Assembly (NCBI GenBank): GCA_024613925.1
Contig: GCA_024613925.1_4713.1
Strand: one strand, 5' to 3'
Length of the DNA: 64,000 nt
DNA from: a phage
Positions 1 through 9,052 of the stretch are shown here, in pieces. Positions within the stretch are counted from its first letter, which is position 1; the number at the start of each line of letters is the position of its first letter. The notes beneath the pieces were generated by a model. It saw nothing but the letters and a program-made list of their open reading frames with translations, had not been told where the DNA came from and did no database searches. Position numbers and translations under genes: made by a program.

Positions 1-199
1 ACCGACGTTCGAACCAATAGAACGGCCAGAAAATCGACCCGAGGGCGATAAAAGGGAATGCTCCCATCATTGCAATGCAATGTGCTGGAAGCGTATAGGT
101 TGGGGATTTGATACCGTGCTTATGTAACCCGATGATCACCGTAACCGTTTCAATTAGCCAGCCAGATAAATACAGGCAGCCAAGCATCTGTAGAATCAT
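1..199 (-). CDS. hypothetical membrane protein, N-terminal part (gene runs off the window start)
   Basis: ATG at 199..197 with GGAGGA 9 nt upstream; translation MILQMLGCLYLSGWLIETVTVIIGL... is hydrophobic. Absent from ORF track because truncated by window edge. Confidence 0.4.
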   Translation of the reverse strand, partial: MILQMLGCLYLSGWLIETVTVIIGLHKHGIKSPTYTLPAHCIAMMGAFPFIALGSIFWPFYWFERR

Positions 200-306
200 G
201 TTGTCGTTTCCTCCATACGAAACCAAAAAATTGTCAAAATGTACATCAGCATAACGCCCGTGCCCACCCACGATGGGAGGGACACAGGCAATACACTTTT
301 ATTTCG

Positions 307-939
307 TCAAGACTTCACGACGCATTCGACTTCGTCGTTCATATAAGCTTCGTATAACGACAGCACTTCCTTCATTTTAATTTCAGGTAACGCAACGGAA
401 CGAATCGCTTTCAGGATATTCCGTGTTTGATGGTGTTTAACCTTCGCTTCACGGGATTTACAGAATTGACGAATACAGGTATTAACCTTACCGCCTTCTG
501 CACGTTCGAGGGCGACATGCAGTTTCAGGTCAAGTAATACTTCCGTGAGTTCCTGGGTGGCAGGATCGTTACGAATAAGCCGCACCGTCCGTTCATCTGG
601 ATTCAGCATCTCGAGGAACTGAAGCTTGATCTGTTCGGGTACGGGTTTCGTGTTCATCATGATGGCATCAAGCTGTTCCTTAACACCCGGCTCATTGAAC
701 ACGTAACGTTCGATGCTTACGACGTGTGCTTTTCCTGACTCGCCATAAACCGCCATCGCACGATAGTCATCAAACAACACAGCATACAACAAATCCTGTT
801 CCGGTCCGATGGTACCATCCATGAGCTTCGGCGCATGCTTCTTCAGGAAGCCATAGCGAACAGCCTCATCCGGCATGAGCGTCCACGCATTAACGGGTTG
901 CTTTACGAGTTCCATGTAACACCTCATCAAGATTATCAC
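307..939 (-). CDS. hypothetical protein
   Basis: 210-aa ORF from track; start uncertain (in-frame Met at 939, 915 or 876; 876 avoids overlap with upstream gene). Confidence 0.5.
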   Translation of the reverse strand: MIILMRCYMELVKQPVNAWTLMPDEAVRYGFLKKHAPKLMDGTIGPEQDLLYAVLFDDYRAMAVYGESGKAHVVSIERYVFNEPGVKEQLDAIMMNTKPVPEQIKLQFLEMLNPDERTVRLIRNDPATQELTEVLLDLKLHVALERAEGGKVNTCIRQFCKSREAKVKHHQTRNILKAIRSVALPEIKMKEVLSLYEAYMNDEVECVVKS

Positions 940-1183
940 TTACACCTGGCGGTACCACGATACCAGTACGAATCACAGCAGCAACTTCCTGCATGCCTTT
1001 ACCCTTCAACGCATAGGTTTCATATACCGTATTACGACGCGTCGTTAACCCAACAAATTTACATACAACCATGTTGTTTTCTGAAAGGTAGGCGGTGTCG
1101 AGTTCACCGTGCAACAATTCTTTTTCTTTGGTGTCAATACCCAATAACGCAATTTGATAAGCTGAAAGTTTCCAATAACGCAT
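890..1183 (-). CDS. hypothetical protein
   Basis: ORF 890..1210 in track; start moved to Met10 (1183) to clear stop of upstream gene at 1200; fills the 260-nt gap. Confidence 0.35.
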   Translation of the reverse strand: MRYWKLSAYQIALLGIDTKEKELLHGELDTAYLSENNMVVCKFVGLTTRRNTVYETYALKGKGMQEVAAVIRTGIVVPPGVSDNLDEVLHGTRKATR

Positions 1184-1199
1184 GTTATCACCCAAACTG

Positions 1200-1616
1200 T
1201 TAAGAAGCATCCTGTTTAATGTTGATGAGTATTTCCGTTCGAACCGGATTAGTCAGCACGGCACGCATGCGTTCAAGCATCATTGGGTTATCCGTAACCA
1301 CCACATCGGCGTAACACAACGGATGACTTTCGAACGCTTCGGTGTCACTTACTAACAGAACACCCATCACATTTACGTATTGCGGTATGCGACCACGAAT
1401 GCGTTGCCACATGTCTTGAGTAAGGTCCTCGCTTTCTAATGCAACCACGACAACAGGACTGATATTTACCGGGAAACGCGGATGCACCGTGCGGCGAAAG
1501 GTTACCCAGCTTTCGACGTGGGATAATGCAAGTTCGAGAGAACAGCACTTTGGAGAAATCTGTATGTTTATTTGCTGAATCAATGAAAGGGGGTTTTGTA
1601 CAGTCGCTTCAGCCAT
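1200..1616 (-). CDS. hypothetical protein
   Basis: 138-aa ORF, contiguous with upstream gene (1617 stop / 1616 start). Confidence 0.5.
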   Translation of the reverse strand: MAEATVQNPLSLIQQINIQISPKCCSLELALSHVESWVTFRRTVHPRFPVNISPVVVVALESEDLTQDMWQRIRGRIPQYVNVMGVLLVSDTEAFESHPLCYADVVVTDNPMMLERMRAVLTNPVRTEILINIKQDAS

Positions 1617-2594
1617 TTACTTTTTCCTGAAAATTAATGTCGGTAAGCCGTTTCTTACAGCATAATACAACACTAAGAGGTTAATCTTGCCAGCGGATAC
1701 CGTAAGCATTTTACGACGACGTGGTAAACTAACCGGTACGGTAGATGCCATCGTTGCGCTGTTCTTGAACGTTTGGGAATAACGTCGCAGCGATGCTTCA
1801 CCTAACAATGGAAGGAACAGATCCTCAGTAAGAATATCATCGCAGATATACGTAATCGCAAGTAACGGCGGATTCCACTCGTTCAGGAACTCGAAAATCT
1901 CGTTTGCGATACCCAGCGCGTTATTGGGAAGCGGAACCTCACGAACGTATTTCTGATTGCCTTTATCCAGCAGGATTCTTGACATACAGTAATCGTGGAT
2001 TATACCCGAAATATCATCCGCTGTTTCTGCGCTCTGCATCAACGCCTGTGCTTCTTCCCAGGTCAGTTGACGTTTTGTTTCGTAGTAGGTTGGTTTCAAA
2101 ACCGCGTAAAAATCGTGGATTAAGCGACCAACGTCCCCGCGGGTTTTCTCCGCCAACGCGATCGCGTATGCTTTCTTCTCCGCATCCGTTAAGATCTGAT
2201 TGCGCCACAGCTCGTATTCGTCTAACAGCTCGGTATATTTAGCTGTCCATTCAGAGGAAAGATAATAACCAATACTGTCAATCAATGCGTGCGTTAAAAC
2301 ACCCAGACGCTCCCGTCTTGGATCGACCGACGGCTCATAGACAAAAGGTAGCTTCGGTTTTTCAAAGCCGCTGGCTACGACGGTATCTGAAAAAGCGTTA
2401 GCGAAAACACCCATCGGTTTCCACGACGTAAGGAGATCCTGATACAGCATTGGATGAACGTTATTAATCGCTGTGAGTTTGTCATCGAAAAGACTCACGC
2501 TTGGATGTTCGGCATTCGCAAGCTCAAAATAAATTCTTTCGAGCAATGCCTTTACCGCATCGCGTGTCTTATCGATTGGGCCAACAGAAGCCAT
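1617..2594 (-). CDS. hypothetical protein
   Basis: 325-aa ORF, no recognisable motif. Confidence 0.6.
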   Translation of the reverse strand: MASVGPIDKTRDAVKALLERIYFELANAEHPSVSLFDDKLTAINNVHPMLYQDLLTSWKPMGVFANAFSDTVVASGFEKPKLPFVYEPSVDPRRERLGVLTHALIDSIGYYLSSEWTAKYTELLDEYELWRNQILTDAEKKAYAIALAEKTRGDVGRLIHDFYAVLKPTYYETKRQLTWEEAQALMQSAETADDISGIIHDYCMSRILLDKGNQKYVREVPLPNNALGIANEIFEFLNEWNPPLLAITYICDDILTEDLFLPLLGEASLRRYSQTFKNSATMASTVPVSLPRRRKMLTVSAGKINLLVLYYAVRNGLPTLIFRKK

Positions 2595-2608
2595 GTAAAT
2601 TATCCTCG

Positions 2609-2875
2609 TTAAAAAGTACCCATGATCGATAGGGCAATATGGTCTTTGTTCGCACGCGCTTGTAACGACATATCAAGACCGCTTTTCTTAATATGCCAAC
2701 GTGCCACCAGTTCCGGTTGGTCAACGGAATACAGCCCTTCTCGATGTTGATTCAACCATTTAGCAATTGGATGCAATTTATCAGGATCGACCACACCCAA
2801 TTCCAACCCACCGGGTGTTAATGGTTTAGAATAAAAGTCAAGTGCGTTCCGTAAAAAGTCATCCTCGATGCTCAT
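2609..2875 (-). CDS. hypothetical protein
   Basis: 88-aa ORF; its ATG overlaps the TGA of the small upstream ORF (ATGA). Confidence 0.5.
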   Translation of the reverse strand: MSIEDDFLRNALDFYSKPLTPGGLELGVVDPDKLHPIAKWLNQHREGLYSVDQPELVARWHIKKSGLDMSLQARANKDHIALSIMGTF

Positions 2876-2988
2876 CGTAGCATACCTACCATGCCGATTA
2901 CAGCAAACAGTACGCCGACAGCGCTATACGCAAGCAGCGCTTTAGCAACCCAAGTTTTTATTTCTGTATACTCTTCATTATTCACCAT
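2872..2988 (-). CDS. small membrane protein (38 aa), not in ORF track
   Basis: ATG 2988..2986 with GAGGTG upstream; MVNNEEYTEIKTWVAKALLAYSAVGVLFAVIGMVGMLR has one predicted TM helix; TGA overlaps next ATG. Confidence 0.35.
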   Translation of the reverse strand: MVNNEEYTEIKTWVAKALLAYSAVGVLFAVIGMVGMLR

Positions 2989-3040
2989 GTTTCACCTCGT
3001 TCGGCTGTTGTCTGATCTCATACCTTTACTTAAGCGTATC

Positions 3041-3059
3041 CCCCGTCATTAAGACGGGG
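3041..3059 (-). terminator. GC hairpin (ccccgtc-attaa-gacgggg) at 3' end of gene 3066..3440
   Basis: Perfect 7-bp stem read directly; 7 nt after stop on minus strand. Confidence 0.4.
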
Positions 3060-3065
3060 TGTTTA

Positions 3066-3440
3066 TCACCAGAGACGATTACCTTCCTCGTCCCACCAAG
3101 CAATCGCTCGTGTCGACTCGAATGTGTTAGGGCGTAACGTCATGCCCTTGTGGTCAACGATTAACCGCAACTCAGTACCGAACCATTCAATCGAGATAAA
3201 CAAACCCTTCCGAATGATTGCTTGATAACCTGATAGCCGCTCAAAGAGTCGTTGAAAGATCTCATCGTGCCCACACGACACTAATGCTTCTGAATAGCGT
3301 CGCATCGATATTGCATCGCTAGGTAAGCGTGTTTTACAGTCCCACCATAACACAGCGTACATCAGTGCAGCATTACGCAATCGTAGCGATTGAACCGGTG
3401 TTAATTGTCGTCCTTCAACATCGTCGATAATAACGTACAT
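3066..3440 (-). CDS. hypothetical protein
   Basis: 124-aa ORF. Confidence 0.55.
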   Translation of the reverse strand: MYVIIDDVEGRQLTPVQSLRLRNAALMYAVLWWDCKTRLPSDAISMRRYSEALVSCGHDEIFQRLFERLSGYQAIIRKGLFISIEWFGTELRLIVDHKGMTLRPNTFESTRAIAWWDEEGNRLW

Positions 3441-3446
3441 TGCGTC

Positions 3447-3653
3447 TTATTCCGCACTTGTTTCCTTAACATGGACACATTCCGCATCGATAGTCACACC
3501 GGTAGAACGACTGGTCTCGTGGGTAGAATCAAATCCGCTGTTGAACAACATGGCGAACGTGTTATTATCCATACGAGCAAAGGTCTCCGCAATACGATCG
3601 GGATGAAAATCGGTGCGGTTGATGGTCGATTTCACAAAAACTCCTATAAACAA
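3447..3653 (-). CDS. hypothetical protein
   Basis: 68-aa ORF packed between neighbours. Confidence 0.4.
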   Translation of the reverse strand: MFIGVFVKSTINRTDFHPDRIAETFARMDNNTFAMLFNSGFDSTHETSRSTGVTIDAECVHVKETSAE

Positions 3654-3674
3654 TTTAATTATTGGTATTAAAGA

Positions 3675-4160
3675 TTAAAGCAGGATCTGCGGACAGCAGC
3701 ATGATTCGTAACCGCCTTCATGTGGTAACGTATTGCTGGTGTCAGGCCAAACAAGCTGAATACCTGCAACTTTTTTACCATATCGAGCGAAAGCCGCTAT
3801 CGCATACACTTCGTTGAAGGATTCAATATCCTCGATTTCGCGTACGTCAAGACGCAAGGTTTCACCCGTACCTTTCAGAGTTAGATTACCATCGAACGCG
3901 CCTAACGGGATGGTCTTTGCCTTCACCATGAAGTTACCCAGTTTGTTGATTGCTGAACCGAGGGCAGGGCAGTAACCGGATACGAAGATTTCCGGCATTC
4001 CGTATTCGGTTAGACCAACAGTATACATAAAGCCAGGCTCGTCGCTTCCCTCATCAGGAGCGACACTGATAATAGCCCATTGCTTTTTCTCGATATATTC
4101 TTCGATAAAATCGTCCAGTTTTGAAAAATTGTTTTCATTAAGTTTAACAGTGTTACTCAT
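3675..4160 (-). CDS. hypothetical protein (FMYTVGL...GMPEIFVSG motif; possibly DUF4262-like)
   Basis: 161-aa ORF; family assignment is from memory of the motif only. Confidence 0.5.
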   Translation of the reverse strand: MSNTVKLNENNFSKLDDFIEEYIEKKQWAIISVAPDEGSDEPGFMYTVGLTEYGMPEIFVSGYCPALGSAINKLGNFMVKAKTIPLGAFDGNLTLKGTGETLRLDVREIEDIESFNEVYAIAAFARYGKKVAGIQLVWPDTSNTLPHEGGYESCCCPQILL

Positions 4161-4446
4161 GTTCTTTATCCTTTAATGCGTTTTCTAACCAGCGGACATA
4201 ACTTTCACGATAAAGGTGAATGTGTCTTTTACCGTCGCGAAAGTTAGGGTCAATAAGATGAATCGCAGCATGGGTTGAAGTCATCGCATGCTGTAAATGT
4301 TTTCGTGTTAATCGCCCAAGTTTTACCCAGCGTTGAATATACCGTGCGTCTGCTGCTAAACAGGTACGTTCATCGATGAAGGGTACCAATACCTGAACGA
4401 TACTACCGTAATACACCATCGAGCTGTTGAACATCTGCGTCTCCAT
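4153..4446 (-). CDS. hypothetical protein
   Basis: 97-aa ORF, 8-nt overlap with upstream gene. Confidence 0.5.
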   Translation of the reverse strand: METQMFNSSMVYYGSIVQVLVPFIDERTCLAADARYIQRWVKLGRLTRKHLQHAMTSTHAAIHLIDPNFRDGKRHIHLYRESYVRWLENALKDKEHE

Positions 4447-4464
4447 GCAAATGGATGGGGTGGA

Positions 4465-4773
4465 TTAGTGAAGAATTACTGTTTGCGACCCTTTCTCGTA
4501 TTCGGTAAGTAACTCGTCGTACCGACGATCAACTGCCTTGATTGCATTATCGATCTCTGTCATGTCTGATGCAACAGATCGTTTCGCTTCCAGTCGATAT
4601 ACTAACGCATCACGCATACCCTCGGCTGCAGCGAGTTCACAGGTTGCTTGATGTTTATTATCCGAAAAGATGAAGAATGGTTTGTTCTCTTCATCAGCCA
4701 GGAAGTAGTTACGAATCTCAACCAACCTTTCATCTGGAACCAGATCGCAATTGTTTTCGTTCATTCTCATCAT
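4465..4773 (-). CDS. hypothetical protein
   Basis: 102-aa ORF. Confidence 0.5.
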   Translation of the reverse strand: MMRMNENNCDLVPDERLVEIRNYFLADEENKPFFIFSDNKHQATCELAAAEGMRDALVYRLEAKRSVASDMTEIDNAIKAVDRRYDELLTEYEKGSQTVILH

Positions 4774-4778
4774 CTCTC

Positions 4779-5105
4779 TTAAAGTTTTAACGTGTTGACG
4801 CCGCTTATAAAGGCGTTGATTTCATTGTCGATGTCGCCAGTTTGCTCGATAATCTTCTCCACCATCAATCTTGGTTTGTTGTAAGCAATACTTACAGCAT
4901 CGGGACCATTTCCATACATGCTCGCGACGTAAATTCGAAGTTCTTTTAAACGATCGAGCAACAACTGCGCGATTTCCAGAACTTCTTCTGTGGCGGTCTG
5001 TGTGTTGCATTCGCGTAACTTGTGCTCTAACAGCGAAGTCGCAGCATCGAGCATGGATGTGTATTTACGATAGTTATAAATATCAATTATAGCTGTCTGA
5101 TTCAT
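4779..5105 (-). CDS. hypothetical protein
   Basis: 108-aa ORF. Confidence 0.5.
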   Translation of the reverse strand: MNQTAIIDIYNYRKYTSMLDAATSLLEHKLRECNTQTATEEVLEIAQLLLDRLKELRIYVASMYGNGPDAVSIAYNKPRLMVEKIIEQTGDIDNEINAFISGVNTLKL

Positions 5106-5116
5106 ACATACGCTAC

Positions 5117-5485
5117 TTATTTGTTAGGGTCTATTAGCGTCAGATACAACGTATACAGATCGGTAATCCCTTTTCTAATATACCGTGCTTGAAGACGTCT
5201 CATATCCCGGGTTTTATAAGGGAAATCAGGATCCATATACAAACGATAATTCGCTTTCATTAAAACCAACACATCCTCTATAAACCGAAGATATTGCTTG
5301 ATAGCTGGGTCTGTATCATACGCGTAATGGCGCGCCCCACCGAATCCCAATTCCCTGTTCAGCTCTCTTAGTCGTATCGATACTAATCCGAAATCAACAA
5401 GCTCGACGAGCTGACGTAAATTACGATTAAACCAATATCGATACCAAAATGACTGTATACCCCAACCAGTTCTATTTAACTTCAT
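5117..5485 (-). CDS. hypothetical protein
   Basis: 122-aa ORF. Confidence 0.5.
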   Translation of the reverse strand: MKLNRTGWGIQSFWYRYWFNRNLRQLVELVDFGLVSIRLRELNRELGFGGARHYAYDTDPAIKQYLRFIEDVLVLMKANYRLYMDPDFPYKTRDMRRLQARYIRKGITDLYTLYLTLIDPNK

Positions 5486-6116
5486 TGATACCTTCTATTA
5501 GTTGTACAGCAACTTCTTTTTCGGTGCTATAAAAGAACTTGCGGTGGAACTGAACAAGAAGCTTTTCGAATTTACATTGAACGATCTTTTTGCGTTCGAT
5601 GTGACCCAGGGAGAGCAAAGCACCCATGCAACGTACCGCTTGTTCGAGAACCTGTTTCGCGGTATCGTGATCGTCCGGTAACGGTAAATCTTCCTCGTCA
5701 TCTTTAGCGATAAGACGTCTAATGATGTTATCGATACGTATCTCATCACCGTTAATGAAAGCGCCTTTCTCCCACTCTTCAAATCGTTGATGGATTCGAC
5801 GTTGTAAGTTGGCCCTGTCTTCCATTAACTCTTTCAACTGGCTTTCTAAGTGGGATACGGTACGACGGTCGGTATCAGTGAAGTTTTCCGATTCTTTATA
5901 CCACCAATCATTACGCGCTTGTAGGTCATTGATGCGAGAAATCGTCCGACGACACTCGTTAACAAACACATCACCGTTCGATAGCCCCGTACCGAAATAG
6001 CATTTGTATTTATAACGCATAACACGGATTAAACGTTTCGCTAGAAAACCTTGTTTCTCCAGTTTCTTCTTCAGTTGTGCGTATTTCTCTTCTTTTGTTT
6101 CCGCGATATCTTTCAT
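5472..6116 (-). CDS. hypothetical protein
   Basis: 214-aa ORF, charged/coiled-coil-like composition. Confidence 0.55.
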   Translation of the reverse strand: MKDIAETKEEKYAQLKKKLEKQGFLAKRLIRVMRYKYKCYFGTGLSNGDVFVNECRRTISRINDLQARNDWWYKESENFTDTDRRTVSHLESQLKELMEDRANLQRRIHQRFEEWEKGAFINGDEIRIDNIIRRLIAKDDEEDLPLPDDHDTAKQVLEQAVRCMGALLSLGHIERKKIVQCKFEKLLVQFHRKFFYSTEKEVAVQLIEGINEVK

Positions 6117-6460
6117 GCCATATTCTCCGTTATATGCTCTAAACTGTTACGTATACTTTTCAATCGATGGTTAAATCCGGAACGATAACATTTCCGTACA
6201 ACCCTTGGCGCTCGCACTTTATTCGCCTGATGAAGCTGTTCATTCACCTGCGACGCTATACGTAAACGTTCTAATAAAGACCTCAACCGAACGACAACCA
6301 ACGGTTGTTCTTTCACCTTCTCTAGTTTGAGTAAAGAGTCAATATGAAACTTTATATCGATAATCTGATTCCTGTTTTTGCGGTACTGATGAATATACCA
6401 GCATCGACGAAAATAAGTGATGCTAAGCATAGGGTAGATCCTCTTCAACGCTATCTTCAA
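6113..6460 (-). CDS. hypothetical protein
   Basis: 115-aa ORF, 4-nt overlap with neighbours. Confidence 0.5.
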   Translation of the reverse strand: MKIALKRIYPMLSITYFRRCWYIHQYRKNRNQIIDIKFHIDSLLKLEKVKEQPLVVVRLRSLLERLRIASQVNEQLHQANKVRAPRVVRKCYRSGFNHRLKSIRNSLEHITENMA

Positions 6461-6648
6461 TAATACACCGGATTAGGCGCTTTATGGCATTTATAAATAC
6501 TTACTTTCTTCTGTCTGCCTTTACCTGGGCCACGTTTAACGCGTTTGTTATAAACACGATCCAAATATCGAGTGGCGATAAATCGGGATGAATATATCGG
6601 GTCGATATATTCTAGCGTACCTGCTTCTGTCACTTCGAGACATTGCAT
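6457..6648 (-). CDS. small basic protein (KRGPGKGRQKK motif)
   Basis: 63-aa ORF; one of three consecutive small basic ORFs with K-G-rich motifs. Confidence 0.4.
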   Translation of the reverse strand: MQCLEVTEAGTLEYIDPIYSSRFIATRYLDRVYNKRVKRGPGKGRQKKVSIYKCHKAPNPVYY

Positions 6649-6673
6649 GCGTAACCTCTCTTTCCACTAAAAG

Positions 6674-6880
6674 TCAGTCCAACATAAGCCATGGCATCGC
6701 TTTCGCGATAGAATCCACCGCAGCATTTGCGATCCTTCGTTCAGTCGTTGGTACCACATGCGCCACGAACCGTTTTCCTTTATTGCAACCTTTCTTGTGT
6801 TTTCCTTTGACCAAACGAACACCAATCATGTCGTTGATAACATGATTTAGTATATGGCGCTGTAGAGAATTAATCATCAC
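6674..6880 (-). CDS. small basic protein (KGKHKKGCNKGKRF motif)
   Basis: 68-aa ORF; track start is GTG at 6880, ATG at 6877 is the likelier start. Confidence 0.4.
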   Translation of the reverse strand: MMINSLQRHILNHVINDMIGVRLVKGKHKKGCNKGKRFVAHVVPTTERRIANAAVDSIAKAMPWLMLD

Positions 6881-7016
6881 TTTTACTCCAGGCAGAGAAG
6901 ATTCTCGGTTTTAGTTCTATCTGTCCGCATATCCAGGTGTATCTCCATTTACCTTTACGGGGACCTTTCTTATTTTTAACACCTATCAGAATACGATAGG
7001 GGTATGACCAGGCCAT
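6870..7016 (-). CDS. small basic protein (48 aa, NKKGPRKGKW motif), not in ORF track
   Basis: ATG 7016..7014 with AGGAG 9 nt upstream; MAWSYPYRILIGVKNKKGPRKGKWRYTWICGQIELKPRIFSAWSKSDD; TAA overlaps start of next gene. Confidence 0.3.
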   Translation of the reverse strand: MAWSYPYRILIGVKNKKGPRKGKWRYTWICGQIELKPRIFSAWSKSDD

Positions 7017-7046
7017 TCTAAACTCCTAAAATAAATCTCGATATTC

Positions 7047-7340
7047 TTAATGCAATTGCTTCTTAAAACCTAATTTAAGAAGCGTCATTCTCTTGTCGAT
7101 GGTATCCAATGCTTCCAGCAAGGATTCACGCTGTTCTTTCGTAAGCGTATCGACGCGTAGACGCTCGTTAATTCTCGTCTTAAGCTGTATATGCATGGTT
7201 TGTGTAAGTATGCTATCAGCTTCTATCTCGTAACTATTCTTCGGTGGGGGTAATGCTGCAATAACACCAACGAGATAACAACCGAGAATGGTCATTCGTT
7301 TATCCATTGCTTCTAGCAGCTCAGAACTTACTTCATCCAT
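7047..7340 (-). CDS. hypothetical protein
   Basis: 97-aa ORF. Confidence 0.5.
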   Translation of the reverse strand: MDEVSSELLEAMDKRMTILGCYLVGVIAALPPPKNSYEIEADSILTQTMHIQLKTRINERLRVDTLTKEQRESLLEALDTIDKRMTLLKLGFKKQLH

Positions 7341-7341
7341 G

Positions 7342-7617
7342 TTAATCCTCCATGAGTTCCTTTATTTCTTTTACGATCTGTGTAATACGCGACGGTGTAA
7401 AGCCGTACCGTTTAGCTATTTCCTTATTGCTCGTGCCATTTAAATGGTCGCGATATATCATTGCACGATTTAGTATTTTGATATCGTCAGAAAGTTCTAA
7501 TAGTCTAGCGACCTCACGATCGTCAAGTTTGTTTTTCGTGTTTAAGCTATGTTCTATTACGCTTAACTCAGCCTTACAACTCTTGATAAAATCACCAACG
7601 GTGGTAATAACTTGCAT
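7342..7617 (-). CDS. small HTH protein resembling sigma-70 region 4
   Basis: 91 aa; ...DDREVARLLELSDDIKILNRAMIYRDHLNGTSNKEIAKRYGFTPSRITQIVKEIKELM matches the region-4 pattern (helix, then T-x-x-E-I-A, then S-R-I-x-Q-I) from memory. Confidence 0.45.
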   Translation of the reverse strand: MQVITTVGDFIKSCKAELSVIEHSLNTKNKLDDREVARLLELSDDIKILNRAMIYRDHLNGTSNKEIAKRYGFTPSRITQIVKEIKELMED

Positions 7618-7637
7618 AAATCACCTATTTCCGTGTT

Positions 7638-7659
7638 GCGGGTGGATGCGCCCACCCGC
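7638..7659 (-). terminator. GC hairpin (gcgggtgg-atgcg-ccacccgc) after thyA
   Basis: 8-bp perfect stem 10 nt after the thyA stop. Confidence 0.45.
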
Positions 7660-7668
7660 ATCGTTAAT

Positions 7669-8688
7669 TTACACCGCCACCTTAGCCTTGATAGCCGGAT
7701 GTGATTGATATCCAACGAACACAAAGTCTTCGTAACGGTAATCCGTAATACTTTCCGGTTTACGTACGATTGTTAGCTTCGGTAATGGGTACGGCTCACG
7801 ACCGAGCTGCTCTTTAACCTGTTCGAAGTGGTTGTGATAGATGTGGCAATCCCCACCCGTCCACACGAACTCACCAACGTCCATATTCAGCTGTTGGGCA
7901 AGCATATGCGTCAGCAACGAATATGATGCGATGTTGAACGGTGTTCCGAGCAACACGTCCTGTGATCTGGCTAACAGCATACAAGACAAGGCACGTGTTG
8001 GTACGTTATGCGCATTCAACCAAAGTTCCGTTTCACTATGTCGTACATCATCCGTAACCCACTGAGTTCTTAATACGTCGTTGCGTTGAACATAATCAAC
8101 GCGTTCATCGACTGTGAGTTCGTGGGTATAGAACTGATAGAAACTGTGGCATGCGGGAAGCGCCATATCGTCTAAATCGCCTACGTTCCACGCGCTAACG
8201 ATGATCCGTCGAGAATCAGGATCTTCTTTAAGCTGATGTATCACGTTTGCAATCTGATCGTGAGGTTTAACATACACGAGGTGTTTTAGCATACCGTCAT
8301 TAAGAATGCCGCAATACTCATAGCCGCGTTGCATCAACTCACGAGTACGTTCTGTATCGTGCGGAACAACCACTTTGTAGTCGATCCATTCCCGCCATTG
8401 TTTGCCGTAAATCGGTCCTAGATTCCCTTCTTCGTCAGCCCATTCATTCCAGATACGAACACCGTTATCTTGAAGATAAACAACGTTTGTGTCACCGTTA
8501 AGAAACCAGAGCAGTTCGTGGATAACGCTCTTAAGGTGAATCTTCTTGGTGGTTACCAGCGGGAATCCTTTCTTCAAGTCAAAACGCATTTGACGCCCGA
8601 ATACGGAACGGGTTCCGGTACCTGTACGATCGGCCTTATCGCGACCATTATCCATGATGTCTTGCAAAAGGTCCAAATACTGTTTCAT
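7669..8688 (-). CDS. thyA: thymidylate synthase (ThyA family) with two insertions
   Basis: Near-colinear with E. coli ThyA as I recall it (MKQYL..., [34 protein letters not shown], catalytic PACH, RSQD...PFNIASY, WTGGD). Asn in PFN argues dUMP rather than dCMP substrate. About 33 extra aa after GKQWREW and about 40 extra aa after FYQFY. Confidence 0.85.
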   Translation of the reverse strand: MKQYLDLLQDIMDNGRDKADRTGTGTRSVFGRQMRFDLKKGFPLVTTKKIHLKSVIHELLWFLNGDTNVVYLQDNGVRIWNEWADEEGNLGPIYGKQWREWIDYKVVVPHDTERTRELMQRGYEYCGILNDGMLKHLVYVKPHDQIANVIHQLKEDPDSRRIIVSAWNVGDLDDMALPACHSFYQFYTHELTVDERVDYVQRNDVLRTQWVTDDVRHSETELWLNAHNVPTRALSCMLLARSQDVLLGTPFNIASYSLLTHMLAQQLNMDVGEFVWTGGDCHIYHNHFEQVKEQLGREPYPLPKLTIVRKPESITDYRYEDFVFVGYQSHPAIKAKVAV

Positions 8689-8897
8689 TTTAATCCTCTA
8701 AGTGTTTCGAGTAGTTCCTGAAATTTATAACGATATTTAGGATTGCTTAACGTGTAACAGCAACCATGTAACACGTTATACGCGTAATCAACTTGTAAAC
8801 CACGAACCTTCGGATCCAATGATAGATTCAACGGCGCATTATCAAAAATCCATGCTTCAATGTTCTTCTTGGATTCCTTCGTTAACATCGTTTTCAC
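8685..8897 (-). CDS. hypothetical protein
   Basis: 70-aa ORF overlapping thyA start by 4 nt. Confidence 0.45.
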   Translation of the reverse strand: MKTMLTKESKKNIEAWIFDNAPLNLSLDPKVRGLQVDYAYNVLHGCCYTLSNPKYRYKFQELLETLRGLK

Positions 8898-9020
8898 CTC
8901 GTCGTAAAAGTAAATAGAGTTTTGTCGAGACGCCCTAATTACTTACAACGTCGGTTCTCCTGGCTTCAGAGAATTCTTAAAATCCGTTAGTTTTGATGGA
9001 CGGGATATGGCAGCATAAAA

Positions 9021-9039
9021 GCCTCCCATTACGGGAGGC
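9021..9039 (-). terminator. rho-independent-type terminator (gcctccc-attac-gggaggc followed by U-run on minus strand)
   Basis: 7-bp stem; plus-strand AAAA at 9017..9020 gives UUUU after the hairpin on the minus transcript; 14 nt after stop of 9053..9601. Confidence 0.55.
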
Positions 9040-9052
9040 TCCATCAATCAAC

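Noticed and set aside
7669-8688. Intein or intron in thyA (by analogy with the T4 td intron)
   Set aside because: The ORF is continuous, and the inserts are 33-40 aa, too short for an intein and lacking intein terminal motifs.
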